A DNA stretch of 64,000 nt, from assembly GCA_965219095.1 (NCBI GenBank), contig CBDCMT010000001.1, positions 1,376,001 to 1,440,000 on the forward strand. Direction: 5' to 3'. Below the pieces are notes generated by a model. That model was not told the DNA's origin. It did no database searches and saw only the letters and a program-made list of their open reading frames with translations. Below, one piece after another: positions 1-12,144 of this stretch; position 1 is the stretch's first letter; every line of letters begins with the position of its first letter. Position numbers and translations under genes: made by a program. This DNA is from Bdellovibrionales bacterium. Its GTDB lineage: Bacteria; Bdellovibrionota; Bdellovibrionia; Bdellovibrionales; UBA1609.

Positions 1-320
1 GACTTCCATAAAAAAGGCTTTACATCTTTACTCACTCGTTCCATAGCCCAATGGTTTAAACTATGAGAGCCTGTGTGAAGAGGTTCATCGAGCAATTCTT
101 CAAGCCAAGGCAAAAGGTAACGGGCTTCAGGAGTTTCAGGTAGAAATTCACAAAACAATTCCATTTGAGAAGAATTATCAAAATGACCTAAAGACAACTC
201 TTCTTCATAAAGCCATAAAGTTTTAAGACCTTTTCTCTGACACTCTAAGGCAATAAGTCCTGAAGACAAATCATTTCCTACAACAAAGGCTTCATAAAAG
301 GAAGGGGCTAGATTCTCCAT
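1..320 (-). CDS. 5' part of a protein with a degenerate Rossmann/FAD-binding-like N-terminus (runs off the window)
   Basis: Manual translation from ATG at 320: MENLAPSFYEAFVVGNDLSSGLIALECQRKGLKTLWLYEE..., open to position 1. Confidence 0.55.
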   Translation of the reverse strand, partial: MENLAPSFYEAFVVGNDLSSGLIALECQRKGLKTLWLYEEELSLGHFDNSSQMELFCEFLPETPEARYLLPWLEELLDEPLHTGSHSLNHWAMERVSKDVKPFLWK

Positions 321-486
321 AAGTTCATTGTGGCATAGCTTTTTTTAAAGTTCTATTGCGTTGAAAAAACCCCCTTGACTTAAGTAAAGACAAGTTCTTG
401 AAATATACTCATATGGATGACCAGGTTTTTTTCTGCTTAGCATCAGGACAAAAATATAAGAACAGGGCATAAAGAAAGAGAGGCTA

Positions 487-2226
487 ATGATAAGAGTTCT
501 TATAGGCCATAGAGGTGCAGGGAAAACAAGTTTCCTAAAAAAGCTTTTAAAAGAAAACCCTCATCTCTTAGGTTTTGATTTAGATGAAGAGATCGAAAAA
601 GAAATTTCTATTGAAAGTTTTTTCTTAAAGCATAAAGAACACGAGTTTAGAAAAAAAGAACAAGAAGTTTTTAAAGCTCTTGCTGTTAACAAACCTGATA
701 TTATTTGTTTAGGGGCAGGCTTTGATTTAAGCTCCCTTAGTTCTGACTTTGAAATCCTTTGGATCAGAAGAGAAAGTGATAAGGAGTATCGTATTTTCTT
801 TGATAGGCCTCGTCTCAAACCTCAGCTATCAGCTCTTGAAGAATCAAAAGCTCTTTTTTTAGAAAGAAACTCATACTACAAGAAAAAAGCTCATAGAGTT
901 TTGACTCTTCCCGAAGGACAAAAGGGATTTAAAGCATCTGAGTTTTTGCAACCTAAAGATTTTTCTTCCCTCTCTACTACAGTGTTAGATAAAAAAGAAT
1001 CTAAAGCATTTTCAAAAAATAATTTTAAATTTTTAGAACTGCGAAGTGATTTGTTTAAAGACTCAACCGAAAAGGAATTAAAAGAACTTCTCTCATTCAT
1101 TGATGAGACAAAAAGACTTCTTAGTTTTCGCTCCCAAGATCATTTAGATTTCCTAGCCTCTCAGAAAGGTGCAAAAGATTGGCCTTTAGAATTAAAAAAT
1201 CCTCCCTCTTCAATAAAAGTTGACATTTTCTCCCTTCATGAAAGCTCTTCTATGGAAGAAGCAATTAAAAAATTAAACTCATTAAATTTACAAGAAAATC
1301 AGCACATAAAACTTGCTGTTGAAGTTAGAAGCTTTAAAGATCTAAAGAAAGGACATCTTTGGCAACAAGCTCAACCTAAGAGACGATCGTTTTTACCTCG
1401 TTCACAGTCTGGACGTTGGAGGTGGTATAGAGTTTTTATGCAAAAAAAACAGAAACTAAATTTTTTCAGAGCAGGAGAATCAAATTTTTTAGACCAACCT
1501 TTTTTCTTTGAATTGAGAGAAAAACCTTTTTTTCTTTTTGCTGCTATTTTAGGAAACCCTGTGGAACACAGCCTTACACCTTCTGAACATAAAAGCTTTT
1601 TTGAAACATTTAACCAGCCTGTTTTAACGATTCCTATGAATAAAGAAGAAGCCTCTTATGAAAGTTTCAAGTTTTTAAAGTCTCTAGGTTTAAGGGCTTG
1701 TGCCATAACCTCTCCTTTAAAGAAAAAAGTCTATAGGCTTTTTCCCCATGACAATAACGAAGGATCTTACAACACCCTGTTTTTAAGAAAAAACAAAATC
1801 GTTGGAGGTAATACAGACATTGATGGATTTCGATGGATATTTAACACCCTTCCACAAAACACAAAAGAGGTTGTTTTATGGGGAGGAGGGGGTGTAATAG
1901 AACCTTTTAAAAAAGTTTTTTCTCAAGGCCTTGTTTATTCTTCCAAAAAAGGAGAACCTAAAAAAAACTCTTCACCAGCTTACAGGCCTGATGTTCTCAT
2001 TTGGGCTGTTCCCCCTCACAGACCCTTTCAAAAACCACCATCATTTTGGAAATTCAAAGCAATTTTTGATCTCAACTACAAGCACAACTCTTTTGCAAAA
2101 CAATTAGCCCTTCAAACAAAAGCTGACTATTTTTCTGGACACAAATTTTTTGAAAAACAAGCCTTAGAACAAAGAAAATTCTGGAAGCCTTTGATCCATA
2201 AGGAAGGATTTTCATCTGAAAGTTAA
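487..2226 (+). CDS. Shikimate kinase + type I 3-dehydroquinate dehydratase + shikimate dehydrogenase fusion (AroK-AroD-AroE)
   Basis: P-loop GHRGAGKT, DLD and RP motifs (AroK); ELRSD, LLSFR, SLH, IKLAV (AroD-like); LGNPVEHSLTP, TSPLK, NTL, NTD, GGGG, DLNY (AroE). Confidence 0.8.
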   Translation: MIRVLIGHRGAGKTSFLKKLLKENPHLLGFDLDEEIEKEISIESFFLKHKEHEFRKKEQEVFKALAVNKPDIICLGAGFDLSSLSSDFEILWIRRESDKEYRIFFDRPRLKPQLSALEESKALFLERNSYYKKKAHRVLTLPEGQKGFKASEFLQPKDFSSLSTTVLDKKESKAFSKNNFKFLELRSDLFKDSTEKELKELLSFIDETKRLLSFRSQDHLDFLASQKGAKDWPLELKNPPSSIKVDIFSLHESSSMEEAIKKLNSLNLQENQHIKLAVEVRSFKDLKKGHLWQQAQPKRRSFLPRSQSGRWRWYRVFMQKKQKLNFFRAGESNFLDQPFFFELREKPFFLFAAILGNPVEHSLTPSEHKSFFETFNQPVLTIPMNKEEASYESFKFLKSLGLRACAITSPLKKKVYRLFPHDNNEGSYNTLFLRKNKIVGGNTDIDGFRWIFNTLPQNTKEVVLWGGGGVIEPFKKVFSQGLVYSSKKGEPKKNSSPAYRPDVLIWAVPPHRPFQKPPSFWKFKAIFDLNYKHNSFAKQLALQTKADYFSGHKFFEKQALEQRKFWKPLIHKEGFSSES

Positions 2227-2926
2227 GCTTTGTTGAATGAATACCTCCATCAGCATACAAGCTTATTCATGAGTTCAGAGGTAGGCTAAAATTATATACT
2301 GCTTTAAATTTTGGCTCCTCCCGGGAATCTGTGGGTGAAAAGTAGCTAGAAATCCCCCAAAAAGGCTCATATTAATCAAAGCAAGAGTAAGACATTCTAT
2401 CTTGTATTTTTGAGTTCTTTGAGGCCCTTACTGGCCTCTATCACCTCCGGTGATTGAACTCAAAAACATTCATTTTATTTGCTTTTATTTGCTGTGTTAC
2501 ATTAAAATTTTAAAAAAGAAGCACCTACTTCCCAGATGCCTTAAAATGTTATTCAAAAAAAAAAAGGAGGGAAGAGATGCTTTTGAAGACTATACTAAAT
2601 GATTGTTTAAGATGGAAGTCTTTTGTGTACGGAGACATTTATTTTTCAAAAGATAGAAAGTCAATTAATGTTCCTATTAAGGCTCATAAAAATGGCCAAG
2701 CTTTTTGTAGTGTTTGTAAGAAGCCCTGTTCAGTGTATGACAGCAGTAAATCATCACGGGACTTTGAATCCCTTCTTATTTTAAGTTACAGGGTGTTTTT
2801 TGTTTATTTTGTAAGAAGAGTTAATTGTCCTTGCTGTGGGGTAAAAGTTGAACATTTACCTTGGGCAGATGGGAAGAAAAACCGTAACTCGGTTGTATGA
2901 CCGCCCTATCCAAGATTAAATTTTTC

Positions 2927-4283
2927 GCCTCCTCAAAAGAATCTGTGGGTTCCCGGAGGTTCTGGCAGTTTTCCAAGGTTATGATATAAGGCGATTTTTA
3001 TAGCTTTAGAGGTTCTAAAGCCGTAAGATTTTCTCATAGTGAGTTTTACTTTGTTGTTTAAACCCTCTACAATCCCTGAGGAGAAGGTTTTTTTAGCCTT
3101 GAAGTAATTAAGAATAAGTAGCTTATGTCTTCGTATGGTTTTTGCTTCTCTTTTCATAGGTTCAATTTTTGAAAGCATGACTCGTCTCGTCCAACTGTCT
3201 ATAAATTTACCAGCCCAAGTTGGTGAAACATAGGTCCATAACTGTCGGAAGTCTTCTTTTAAAAGATAACAGCGGATACTTTTTAAATTGTACTGTATTA
3301 AATGCCTTAATTTTACTTTTTCATAAGATTTTAAATTTTCTGCATTTTTTAACAAGGGCCATCTAGCTTTTGTTAAAAGGGGTTCATACCCATCTTCTTT
3401 ATCTCTTTTGACTTCTCTCTTAGTAAATCAAAGAATTTTCTAAAACTCTTTTCTGTTCTTTTTTCTCCTATCCACAACAAGCGTACACGGGTTTTGCTTA
3501 TTTCATAGACTAAGGTGAGATACTGATGGTTCTTTTTCCATTGTATTTCATCTACACCTATAGCTTGTATTCCCTTTAAAACCCTTTGTTTTAAACCATA
3601 TTCTACGACCCATTCTACCGAAGCATAGACCTGATTCCAACTGACCTGAAACTTACAAGAAACCTCTTTCCAAGACAGGTGACGACACCAGTCTGCTAAA
3701 TACTTCATGTAAAAGATCGTTAAACTCTTCTTACCATCGGCCCAAGGTAAATGTTCAACTTTTACCCCACAGCAAGGACAATTAACTCTTCTTACAAAAT
3801 AAACAAAAAACACCCTGTAACTTAAAATAGGAAGGGATTCAAAGTCCCGTGATGATTTACTGCTGTCATACACTGAACAGGGCTTCTTACAAACACTACA
3901 AAAAGCTTGGCCATTTTTACGAGCCTTAATAGGAACATTAATTGACTTTCTATCTTTTGAAAAATAAATGTCTCCGTATACAAAAGACTTCCATCTTAAA
4001 CAATCATTTAGTATAGTCTTCAAAAGCATCTCTTCCCTCCTTTTTTTTTTTTTTGAATAACATTTTAAGGCATCTGGGAAGTAGGTGCTTCTTTTTTAAA
4101 ATTTTAATGTAATACAGCAAATAAAAGAATGTTTTTGAGTTCAATCACCGGAGGTGATAGAGGCCAGTAAGGCCTCAAAGAACTCAAAAATACAAGATAG
4201 AATGTCTTACTCTTGCTTTGATTAATATGAGCCTTTTTGGGGGATTTCTACTACTTTTCACCCACAGATTCCCGGGAGGAGCC
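2927..4283 (-). mobile_element. ISL3 copy with internal deletion, nested in IS66
   Basis: Both IRs present, 8-bp TSD AATTTTTC; ORFs 3373-4029 and 2933-3355 lack the central part of the 415-aa copy. Confidence 0.9.
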
Positions 4284-5300
4284 AATTTTTCTTATAAGTT
4301 TTTCTTAAGAGGAGGGATTTTATGGAAGAAGGGATTAATTTAAAAAAGAAGATACAGCTTTGTCGAGAGGAGAATTCCAACAAGAAGCTTATCCGCTACC
4401 CAGAAGCTCTTAAGAGAGAGATTCTAGATTTTTTGAAAGAGAGAAAGGTTTCTAAATTTTGTAAAGAGACAAAGGTCACCTCTTCCACGATCAATAACTG
4501 GAAGAAGTCTTATGTTTCAACAGTTTCTCACAAGAAGTCTCTTTTTAAGGCCGTTTCTTTGAAAAAGGAAAAGTCATGTGATGAAAGAGAAGGTCTTAGT
4601 CTTAAAGGGTCTAGATTGGGAAGAGGTTTTAGAGTTAGTGAGGAGTTTATGATCTTTTTATCTGAAGGCTACCGTATTTTTGTCTGCTCTCAAAAGATAG
4701 ACATGCGATGGAGTTTTGAGAGGTTAAGTTATCTGGTAAGAAGTGAGATGAAAGGAGAGATCAACTTGGGAGATCTTTATCTTTTTCTAGGTTTTAACAG
4801 AAAGAGATTAAAAGGGCTGTTCTATGATGGGAGTGGTCTTGTTTTACTAACAAAGAGGATGGAGAAAGAAAGGTTTATGAGTTTAAGTGATTTAAGTTCT
4901 CCCGAGTTAACAAGGAGTGAATTGAATCTTTTAGTTCATGGTTCGATTTTAAGAAAGTACGAGCTTAAGAAAAGATAATTTTTTTAGATTATTTTTTTAA
5001 ATTTTTTTTATTTTTTTTTAAAAAAAGCTTGCAAAACAAAAACAGACATGTTGACATTAATGTATGCAGATGAGTCTTTTTCCTTATTTAAAAAAAAGCG
5101 AAAACCCTGAATACAAACATCTTCCTTCATTTCTTCAAGAGGAAAAAGATCTGGAAAATGTAAAGTTGATTTCTAATGAACTCATTCACCTTTATAAAAA
5201 AGAAAATAATCTTTTAAAAAGAGAGTTAAATGAGCTTAAGAAGAAAAAGGCCAAAGAAGATCAATTAAAGCTTTTTAATGATGAGCTACTTAGTAAGTTC

Positions 5301-6831
5301 GTAACTGCTCACCTACATTGTTCAGTTATCCCTAACTTTAGACCTGTTTTAAGATAAAAGTCTTGCTCATATAGATTTTCTTTTAAATACTTTTTTCAAA
5401 TGACAATAAATAAGACCTCCATCAGAAATGAGATTGAAAATATAAGAAGTGACTTTGATAAGTTTGCAAAGAAAGGTTCTATGCCTACTGAGATTTCTGT
5501 GATTGTTGAATCTCTCTTTAAGGTTGTGAACATTCTGATTGTTGTGCTTTTAGAAAAACAGGTTCGAAAAAATTCCAGCAACAGCGGTCTTCCTCCTTCG
5601 CAAGATTTTAGTCGTCAAGGGAATCGTAATAAGAAGGCTAGGGAGAGTCAAAAAAAGGGCTCTAGGCTTATCAGTAAAGATACAAAACAGCGAGGAGACT
5701 GTCTCTCCCTCAGAGTGTTCTCAGTGTGGGATGTTTTTAAAGACAGCAGAGGTAAAAAGCCTTGAGAAGCGTAAAAAGATTGATATTTTTTATGAAATTC
5801 AGACCCATACTGTAACTTCTGAGGTTAAGGATTGTCCCTCATGTGGAGCTAGAAATAAAGGTCAATTCCCTAAAGGTATGAGTGGTCCTCTTCAGTATGG
5901 TATAGGCATTAGAGCTTCCATCATCAATTTCATTATAGTTCAGATGCTGTCTTTTAGAGCGTGTTGGGGAACATTACATGGGGCTTATAGGTCGAATGAT
6001 TTCTCCTGCAGTTATGTTGAGATACATTGCTGAATTAGGAGAGTTTCTTAAAAGTTGGGAAGAGCAGATGAAAGAAAAGATACTTGAATCAGAGGTCATT
6101 CATGTTGATGAGACCTCTATGAGGGTTAAGGGTAAAAACTACTGGATTCATACTTATAGTTCAGGAGAATTAGTCTTGCAGTTTCTCCACCTTTCAGGTG
6201 GAAGGGAAGCCATAAAAGATATTGGTCTCTTGGATAGATATGGAGGAGTGCTTGTGCATGATTGTTGGAGTCCTTACTTTTGTTATGATAAGATAACTCA
6301 TGCTTTGTGTGTGGCTCACCTTTTGAGAGAGCTTAAATTTATAGAAGAAAGCAATGGATTCAAATGGGCTACAAATCTCAAAAAACTTCTTAAAGAGACT
6401 GTGGAGTTAGTTCATAAAAAAGAGTCAAGAGTTCTGACTTAAAAAGAGTACGAAACTCTTCAGAGAAGGTATAGGAGTATTCTTACAAAAGGCTTAAAAG
6501 AGCTTCCAGAATTTCCTAAGAAAAATGGCAAGAAAGGACGAATAAAGCATACACAAGCTCAAAACCTTTGGCTGCGATTTAAAAAGTATGAAGCAGAAAT
6601 ACTGTGCTTTGCTAAAAGAAAGAACGTAGATCCTACTAATAACAGAACTGAAAGAGATCTAAGAATGACTAAAGTGAAAAAGAAAGTGTCAGGGTGTTTC
6701 AGAACAGAAGAAATGGCGAAATATTTTTGTCGTATTACCAGCTATGTTAAAACAATGAGAAATAGAGGGTATTCTTCTTTAGAAGCCATCTCTATGGCTT
6801 TAAATAAAAACTTACGAGAGTGAGCAGTTAC
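5301..6831 (+). mobile_element. IS66 family, single-ORF (ISBst12-like) element, transposase pseudogenised
   Basis: IRs GTAACTGCTCA / TGAGCAGTTAC, TSD GTAAGTTC; motifs NSSNSGLPPS, VIHVDET, LCVAHLLREL, PTNN.ERDLR. Confidence 0.9.
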
Positions 6832-8150
6832 GTAAGTTCAAGAAAATAGTATTTGGAAAATCCAGTGAAAAAAGAAAACTATCTTCTCGTAGTAGAAAGA
6901 AGCTTAAAAAGACAATTCTTCTTGAATCTGAGAGTTTAGTTCCTGCTCCTAAAGAAGGGGAGGTGAAGGCCTTAAAAGAGATAAGAGTAGATCATAAGCT
7001 CACAGACGAAGAACTTTCTGATATAGCACAGCAGTATGGTTATCCTAAGGACAGTGAGTGGGAGGAATTAAAGATTCAAGACGTGTCAAAAGAGGTTGAT
7101 GTTCATGTAAGAAGCTATGTTAGAAAGACGCATCGTCTTTAGAAGTACCGTCTGAAGGCAAGCAAAGTGGGAGAAAAAGAGATCATAGTATCAGCTCCTG
7201 TTCCTAAGAAAATTGTTCCAGGATCTAAGTACTCCCCAAAATTTGCAATAGAAGTAGCGAGTCAAAAGTACTTGTATCACCTTCCTTTAGAGAGAGTAAG
7301 AAGAATGATGGAATCAGATGGTTTGAAGGTGAATTGTAGAACTCTTTATAATCTTTGTTATTTTGTGAGTTGTTATTTAGAGCCTGTGAGAGAAAAGATC
7401 AAAGAGGAACTTCTTAAACTAGACAGAACGATTCATATTGATGAAACTCCATGGCCTATTAATAATTCACATCAAAAGGACGGCTACATGTTTGTTATAA
7501 GTCATCAGGGAGGAAGTTTTTATTACTTTAGTGAGAGCCGTTCAGCCTGTTCTATTAAAAAACTCTTAGGCTCTTATAAGGGGCCTATTTTAACAGATGG
7601 ATACGTTAGTTATAAAACACACTTTAAGGGTGAAAAGGGAATTGATCTTGCTTTTTGTTGGTCTCAGTGATAAGAAAGTTTATTGACATAGAACAGAATT
7701 ACCCTGAGGAGTGTGGAAAAGTATTAAAGCTTATGGGGAAGATTTTTAAAGTTGAATCAAAGGCAAAAACTTATGAAGAGCTCAAAAGTTTAAGACAAAC
7801 AGAATCAAAGGATTTAGTTCTTTCTCTGCAAGATCTGTATTATAAACTTTATGGAGAAGCTCGTCCTGAGAGTGGGTTAAAAAAGGCTATTGATTATAGC
7901 TTTAATCACTGGGATGGCTTAAATTTATTCTTAGAAAATGAGAAAATTCCTATGACAAACAATGAAGCAGAAAGAACGATTCGACATTCTGTGATGGGAA
8001 GAAAGAACTTTCATGGGTCAAGGACTCAGAGAGGAGTTGAAACAGCATCAGTACTTTACAGTATTGTGGAAAGTTGTAAGAAGGTGGAATTAGATCCTAA
8101 GGACTATATTTTAATGGTTGTGGGAAACTCCCTCGATAAGATGCCTATTA

Positions 8151-9558
8151 TACCAATTACAGAAATTAATTCGACATTTTTATGTTCAAATTTAAAATTT
8201 TAAAATTGACTTAAGGAAAAGTTTCAATTAGGAGGCTTTAAAAAAGTTTTTTTTGAAGGGAGGTTGAGTTTTCATAAGATATGTTTATTTTATGTATATC
8301 TATTGTTGTGTGAATCGATTGATGGGTTAAAATAAGTGTAAAAAAGTGAGGTTAAGATGTAAAATGAAAAAAATCAGTTACGCAATTTAATTTATAGGTT
8401 CAAATTAATTTACAAGCTTGATTCATCTTGTTGTTTTGCCCAAGATCGAGTGCATAATTTTTTAATCCTGCCCTCCTGATCGCAAAAAGTATTCCAGGCC
8501 TCACAACAAGTATTCAGTATATGGTCATAGTTTTTAAAACATGCATTCGATAATTTGATCCTTCGTAATTGTTGCCAGACTTGTTCCATGGGATTTAATT
8601 CTGGACTATAAGGAGGTAAAGGCATCAGGGATAAATTCTTAGGAACTATCAAAGTCTCTGTGGTATGCCAACTGGCTCTGTCCATTAAAACAATTCCATG
8701 ATAGTTTTCTTGAATATTTTTAGATATCTCATCTAAGTGAATTTGCATCATCCCTGAATTACATTCCGGTAAAACCCAAGCACAGCCTTTATCTTTATCC
8801 GGACAAACTGCTCCAAAAATATAAGTAGATAAAAATTGTCTTTGTCTCACAACTCTAGGTCGTGTGCCTTTTCTTGCCCAAATCCTGCTTAAAGAACCTT
8901 GCTGGCCTATTCTGCATTCATCCTGCCACCAAATCTCTATTTTATTAGTCTGAATCTTTTCCTTTATTTTCTCCACCTCTTCTGGAAAATGTTCCTTAAA
9001 CTGTTCCATAGCTTCTTGTGAAGTTTTAGGATGAAGAGAACGACCACTGATCCATACAATATTAAGACGGTCTAAAAGAGCATAAACCCCAGAAAGAGAA
9101 TAGCAACAGTCAAATTCATTTGCTAAAAGTTCCTGTATTCCCTTTGCTCCTATGCTTCCTCCTTCTCTCTTGTCTTGAATTTCATCTAACTTGATTTTGA
9201 AGTTCTCTTCTTCTGTCACTGGTAAACGAGGCTTGCGCCCTCTGCCTTCTCGATCTATCAACCCCTCGTAATCAAAGTCTACAAAAAAAGACTGTAACCA
9301 GGATTTGATACTGTGACGGTGATAGAAAACTATACTTGCTGTTTCTTGAATCGATTTTCCTTCTTGCATATGCTGCAAAGCTTGGAGTTTTATCTTGATG
9401 TTGGCACTTCTTTCTACTTTGTAAGTAGCTAGAAAATCATACCCTTGAATTTGTGTAACTAAATCTTTTTTCGACACTCTAAAAATTTAACAGAGTTTGA
9501 TCAAAAAGCCAGGACGCTATGCGTTAAAAGAATGTCGAATTAATTTTTGGAAATGGTA
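8151..9558 (-). mobile_element. IS630-family element A with intact transposase (8410-9477)
   Basis: IRs TACCAATTACAGAAATTAATTCGACA / TGTCGAATTAATTTTTGGAAATGGTA, flanked by TTA; WWQDECRIG, MDRASWH, LPPYSPELNP. Confidence 0.92.
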
Positions 9559-10295
9559 TTAAAACGCCTTTTGAGTATACAAGTGAGCTTCGTTCTTAAA
9601 GAATAAAGCACAAAAAAAATCAAAATTACGAAAAAAAACTAAGAATTATTCTTTTAAGAACTTCTCTAATACTTTTGTAACAGGGAAGGCCTTAGGAAAA
9701 CGTCTTACAACACCGTTTTACAACAAGATCAATAAAAACTTCTCCTTTAAAATCTAAGAAATATCCTCCTCAGTAGAAGTCAAGGGCTGTTAAAAAACCG
9801 ACTTACGAAAAACCTAACAATTTTTTACATGAAGTACTTAGCAGACTGGTGTCGTCACCTGTCTTGGAAAGAGGTTTCTTGTAAGTTTCAGGTCAGTTGG
9901 AATCATGTCTATGCTTCGGTAGAATGGGTCGTAGAATATGGTTTAAAACAAAGGGTTTTAAAGGGAGTACAAGCTATAGGTGTAGATGAAATACAATGGA
10001 AAAAGAACCATCAGTATCTCACCTTAGTCTATGAAATAAGCAAAGAAAGTGTTCGTTTGCTATGGATAGGAGAAAAAAGAACAGAGGAGAGTTTCAACAA
10101 ACTCTTATCCTTAATTACTTCAAGGCTAAAAAAACCTTCTCCTCAGGGATTGTAGAGGGTTTAAACAACAAAGTAAAACTCACTATGAGAAAATCTTACG
10201 GCTTTAGAACCTCTAAAGCTATAAAAATTGCCTTATATCATAACCTTGGAAAACTGCCAGAACCTCCGGGAACCCACAGATTTTTTTGAGGAAGC

Positions 10296-10426
10296 ATTCT
10301 TTCTTGATATGTCATTTTTGTTATCCTTTCTCCACCCTTTGGGGTGGTATTGTTTATTTAAAAGGGTAACCTCTTTTCATCTCTTTGACATTTCGAGACG
10401 TGTCAGATTAAGTTGCGACTATTACA
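10296..10426 (-). mobile_element. Probable IS481-type left-end remnant
   Basis: Minus strand starts TGTAATAGTCGCAACTTAATCTGACAC, then SD and MTYQER.. Confidence 0.4.
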
Positions 10427-10738
10427 GTTGAGGCAATCATTGGTCATATGAAAATAGATTCTCGTATGGGAAGGAACTTTTTATTAGGATCACAAGGGGA
10501 TGCTATTAATAGTCTTTTATCAGGAGCTTCTCAAAATTTTAGAAAGTTAATGCTAGAGGTTGCGTCTTTTTTCGTTTTTTTCACTGAAATGGCTTAAAAG
10601 GCCTGTACGCCTTCTTGAAAACTACTGTTTTGTTTAAGTTATGAAAAAATATTTAACCCTCTATAGTAGAAAGTAACAGGAATAAAGATCATACAGCATA
10701 AAAATCCTAGGCTTTTGTCAATTTTTCACGTTCGACTA
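10427..10738 (+). mobile_element. 3' remnant of the IS5-family element
   Basis: Near-identical to the 3' end of 20784-22349 including IR TTTTCACGTTCGACTA. Confidence 0.85.
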
Positions 10739-10915
10739 AGTTATAGGCTGTGTCAAAAAATGATTTTTTCCTGAGCTTGAACGATTGAACAACCTTTTGC
10801 AGGAAACGGACTGTTATATGACAACTTATGTGACAACTTAGATTTTTTAACTCAATGGGTCATCAAGGTCAATTCATTGTTATTTTTACAATTCTTTTTG
10901 AAAATTATATGTCTA
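10739..10915. repeat. Shared intergenic module R, copy 1 (others at about 19246, 22350, 29564)
   Basis: AGTTATAGGCTGTGTCAAAA...TGACAACTTATGTGACAACTTA...CAATGGGTCATCAAGGTC near-identical in four places. Confidence 0.9.
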
Positions 10916-11133
10916 CTTCTGTCCACTTCTGTCCACTTCAATATGTTTGAAAAGCATCTATGAAAAAGTATAAGTACTTTAAGAAGGGAGGAGAATGGTT
11001 CTTAAATAACTGAAGCCAAAAGATAGGGATAAGAGTTCTTTAGCCTAAGTAAATAGAACTCAAAATAAATTAAATAACAGAAGGATGTTAACTTTTTAAG
11101 TTTCACATCTTTCATAGAACATAGGAGAAAAAT

Positions 11134-11802
11134 ATGAAAATTATGAATTTTATTAAAATCATAGCAGTTACTTTTTTAGTATCTCTGTCCAGCTTTGCTT
11201 TTGCCATGGATAAAAGTCACTGTAGTGAAGGATTGCCACTTTGCTTAGAAAAAATATCTGATATATCTGAGAGCACTCTTAATGTGGGGAGAATATTTGC
11301 TGAAACTTTTGATGCAGACATTGGATTTTGGAAGAGTATCTTATCTAGTTGTGGTGGTTCTAGTTGTGAAATACATGCTAGTACAAGGCTTTTAAGGAAT
11401 CTAATAGAACAGGGTAATGACGACAAAAAAGGTATGAGTAGTATTAGTTTAATTCTTTCAGACTGGCTTAGAGACGTTGAAAGTTTTGTTAAAGAATGTG
11501 CTAAAAGTCACTGTAATAAAAAATTGCCAAGTTACATAGAACTAATATCTGATACATCTAAGGATATTCTTGACGAGGGCGTATTCTATTCTAAATATAA
11601 TGATATGTACATCTGGCTTTATGAGAAGGCCTTACCTTTTTGTCAGGATAATGGTCTATGTACAATAGTCTATAAACGAAGCACGGTAAGGAATCTGATA
11701 GAATCTACAAGTAATATCAAAGAAGAAAAAATGAGCATATTTCACTTATTATCAGACAATCTTAAAAACATTGAAAGTTTTGTTAGAGAATGTGTTAAAT
11801 AA
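11134..11802 (+). CDS. Secreted Cys-rich protein with two tandem ~97-aa units, paralog 1
   Basis: SD AGGAGA, signal peptide ending AFA; repeated KSHC..LP, RNLIE and ESFVxEC. Confidence 0.85.
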   Translation: MKIMNFIKIIAVTFLVSLSSFAFAMDKSHCSEGLPLCLEKISDISESTLNVGRIFAETFDADIGFWKSILSSCGGSSCEIHASTRLLRNLIEQGNDDKKGMSSISLILSDWLRDVESFVKECAKSHCNKKLPSYIELISDTSKDILDEGVFYSKYNDMYIWLYEKALPFCQDNGLCTIVYKRSTVRNLIESTSNIKEEKMSIFHLLSDNLKNIESFVRECVK

Positions 11803-11816
11803 TTCGATTAATTTAC

Positions 11817-11840
11817 GAGCCTGTAAATTACAGGCTTTTA
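11817..11840 (+). terminator. Probable intrinsic terminator
   Basis: GAGCCTGTAA-A-TTACAGGCTTTT hairpin just after the stop codon. Confidence 0.55.
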
Positions 11841-12144
11841 ATTTACCCGAAAAGCCCCCCATGGAATCCATGCAATTCTTTTGAGGGGCTTAATTATACC
11901 AACTACAGAAATTAATTAAGCATTTTTTATTTTCAAATTCAAAATTTTAGAACTGACTTAAAGCTTCAGAGGTTACAAAAAGACGATTCAAGCAGTTCAT
12001 CTAAGGAAAGTTTATAGGCTTTCTGATTTTTATAAAACTTAAGATTTCCATAAACCTGTTGAGAATCTGTTTTGTCTCAGCTTGGCATTACAACTGCGCT
12101 AAGACTTGATTATTGGAAATTGATTGTAAGAGCCAGTTTATGAC

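Larger units (their letters stand above)
2884..9806 (+). mobile_element. IS66 (tnpA-tnpB-tnpC), disrupted by three nested IS
   Basis: IRs GTAACTCGGTT / AACCGACTTAC; 8-bp TSD GAAAAACC; tnpA from 4322, tnpB 4649-4978 (IDMR..F..L), tnpC pieces 5064-5300 and 6832-8150 (IHIDETP, TNNEAER). Confidence 0.9.
2313..10295 (+). mobile_element. ISL3 element, split by IS66 at 2884-9806 and internally deleted
   Basis: Left end GGCTCCTCCCGGGAATCTGTGGG at 2313, right end CCCACAGATTTTTTTGAGGAAGC ending 10295; transposase pieces 2577-2883 and 9815-10289; no TSD. Confidence 0.85.

Noticed and set aside
4322..4978. 218-aa novel fusion protein
   Set aside because: IS66 tnpA running into tnpB, which has its own SD and ATG at 4649; probably caused by decay
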